From a virus (lineage: Duplodnaviria > Caudoviricetes), in IMG/VR virus record IMGVR_UViG_3300022930_000022, positions 1 to 36,057 of that record: DNA of 36,057 nt; one strand, written 5' to 3'. Positions 34,865-36,057 of this stretch are shown piece after piece; position 1 is the stretch's first letter, and each line of letters opens with the position of its first letter. Below the pieces are notes generated by a model. That model saw only the letters and a program-made list of their open reading frames with translations. It ran no database searches and had not been told where the DNA came from. The translations under genes and the position numbers were made by a program.

Positions 34865-35383
34865 TTATCCCTTCAATTCGTTAATAGCCTTCTGCATTAC
34901 TTCCGGCCTACCATATTGCTTAACGTACCAGACAAGAAAGTCCTCAAATGTCTTAACGATTATATAAACCCCTCCATTACGTTCTACATCTGCCTGGTAT
35001 TTCTTTTGATCTGCTTTCTGAGTATCCTTGCCAAACTTAATCTCACAATAGATTGGCTTACCCTGGATAAGCAGTTTCATATCTGAAGATCCTTTCCTGC
35101 TAGTCGAAGTTACAAACTTTTCTTTACTAACCGTTAATCTTCCATTAGCCGTGTCTTTGTAAGTTGCTGCCATAAATCTACCCTGAGTCTTAGTACGTTC
35201 AGCTAAGAATCCCGTAATGCGTGCAAACCGTTCAATAGCTTTCTCAATATCATTAGCGTTCTTTTCGGTGTATTTAGTTCCGACTATGTAGTTAGCTGGT
35301 ATTGATGGTGAGTCTATTCGACGTTGTATAGCGTCCATTTCGGTTAAGACTGTTAGAGCCGATATAACTTTTTTGCGTGCCAT
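34865..35383 (-). CDS. VRR-NUC-like PD-(D/E)XK nuclease
   Basis: GSSD...YCEIK...Q...Q...GGVYIIVKTFEDF. Confidence 0.85.
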   Translation of the reverse strand: MARKKVISALTVLTEMDAIQRRIDSPSIPANYIVGTKYTEKNANDIEKAIERFARITGFLAERTKTQGRFMAATYKDTANGRLTVSKEKFVTSTSRKGSSDMKLLIQGKPIYCEIKFGKDTQKADQKKYQADVERNGGVYIIVKTFEDFLVWYVKQYGRPEVMQKAINELKG

Positions 35384-35385
35384 AT

Positions 35386-35592
35386 TTAACATCCCCCATG
35401 TTCATCTTCCCATATTATATAGGCAAACTCTCCTTCTTCAACACTTATAAACCCAGAAAGACCGCAATCTATACATCTAGCATCATCACCGTTATAAACG
35501 ATAAAATCGAATTTTGATTCAGTCAATACCTCAGATTCACCACCACATATAGGGCAGTCTGAACTGGGGAAAAATATCCATTCTTTACTCAT
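35386..35592 (-). CDS. Small Zn-ribbon protein
   Basis: CPICG and CIDCG motifs. Confidence 0.7.
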   Translation of the reverse strand: MSKEWIFFPSSDCPICGGESEVLTESKFDFIVYNGDDARCIDCGLSGFISVEEGEFAYIIWEDEHGGC

Positions 35593-35594
35593 AT

Positions 35595-35768
35595 TTATAG
35601 ATTTAATAATTTGTATGCTTTATAAATTTCTTCTATAGATTTACCTGTAATATTTATTTGAGTATCACCTCTAAAATTTATCCTTATTCCCGTAGAATAA
35701 ACTTCAATATTTAACCCTGTAAAATCTTTTATTTCGATAGGTTCTTTTATTTTTTCCTCTATTTTCAT
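35595..35768 (-). CDS. Small hypothetical protein (57 aa, MKIEEKIKEP...)
   Basis: Read manually; fills the gap with 2 nt spacers on both sides. Confidence 0.65.
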   Translation of the reverse strand: MKIEEKIKEPIEIKDFTGLNIEVYSTGIRINFRGDTQINITGKSIEEIYKAYKLLNL

Positions 35769-35770
35769 AA

Positions 35771-35983
35771 TTAAAATAGTTCTTTTTTATTACCATGATA
35801 TATATCTGCCCAATACTTACTATCACCTTCTCCAAGCCCAATTATAAAAGCCTGTAGTAAAGCTGATTTTAAGCTACCTACTAATGTGAAGGGTGGCATT
35901 AAAGGATATAGAACCATGTTATGTAGTGCCTGTTTTCTTTGTGTTTCTGGAAGCTCTTGCATCCATTGTAAGATTGTTTTCAT
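35771..35983 (-). CDS. Hypothetical protein
   Basis: 70 aa ORF. Confidence 0.7.
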   Translation of the reverse strand: MKTILQWMQELPETQRKQALHNMVLYPLMPPFTLVGSLKSALLQAFIIGLGEGDSKYWADIYHGNKKELF

Positions 35984-36057
35984 AATTAGTGGACTTTTGG
36001 ACTTTTGATGAACTTTTGTTTTATGGGTTTAAATAGTATTAGAATGCGATTATGGGG

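Noticed and set aside
1-36057. CRISPR array, diversity-generating retroelement, IS element or integrase
   Set aside because: No regularly spaced repeats, reverse transcriptase, template/variable repeat pair, transposase or site-specific recombinase motifs were seen.

Overview
About 36 kb of a tailed dsDNA phage (siphovirus-like, HK97-type head). The host is inferred to be Bacteroidota from TANNTTTG -7 promoter boxes, the lack of Shine-Dalgarno motifs and signal peptides that cleave before Gln. The minus strand carries, right to left: VRR-NUC nuclease, small and large terminase, portal, prohead protease, major capsid, neck/adaptor, major tail protein, chaperone, tape measure, tail-tip proteins, two exported fibre-position proteins, a lysis cassette (M15 endolysin, holin) and a YqaJ exonuclease recombination module. 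No integrase lies in the window. Three things stand out. (1) A plus-strand RNA operon at about 8000-8540 holds a circularly permuted, two-piece, very compact tmRNA (tag GKVVQMFSPSLRAVA*), flanked by a tRNA with a shortened anticodon arm and a G3:U70 minihelix-like RNA. (2) The late region is broken up by seven plus-strand cassettes. Their junctions carry a recurrent TGTAACA-N4-TGTTACA dyad, in three cases in an identical geometry with back-to-back promoters 12 bp apart, suggesting a distributed transcriptional switch. (3) The fibre-position proteins carry Sec/lipoprotein signal peptides, and the neck adaptor and a tail protein share a small domain. All family calls come from motifs read by eye; no database search was run.
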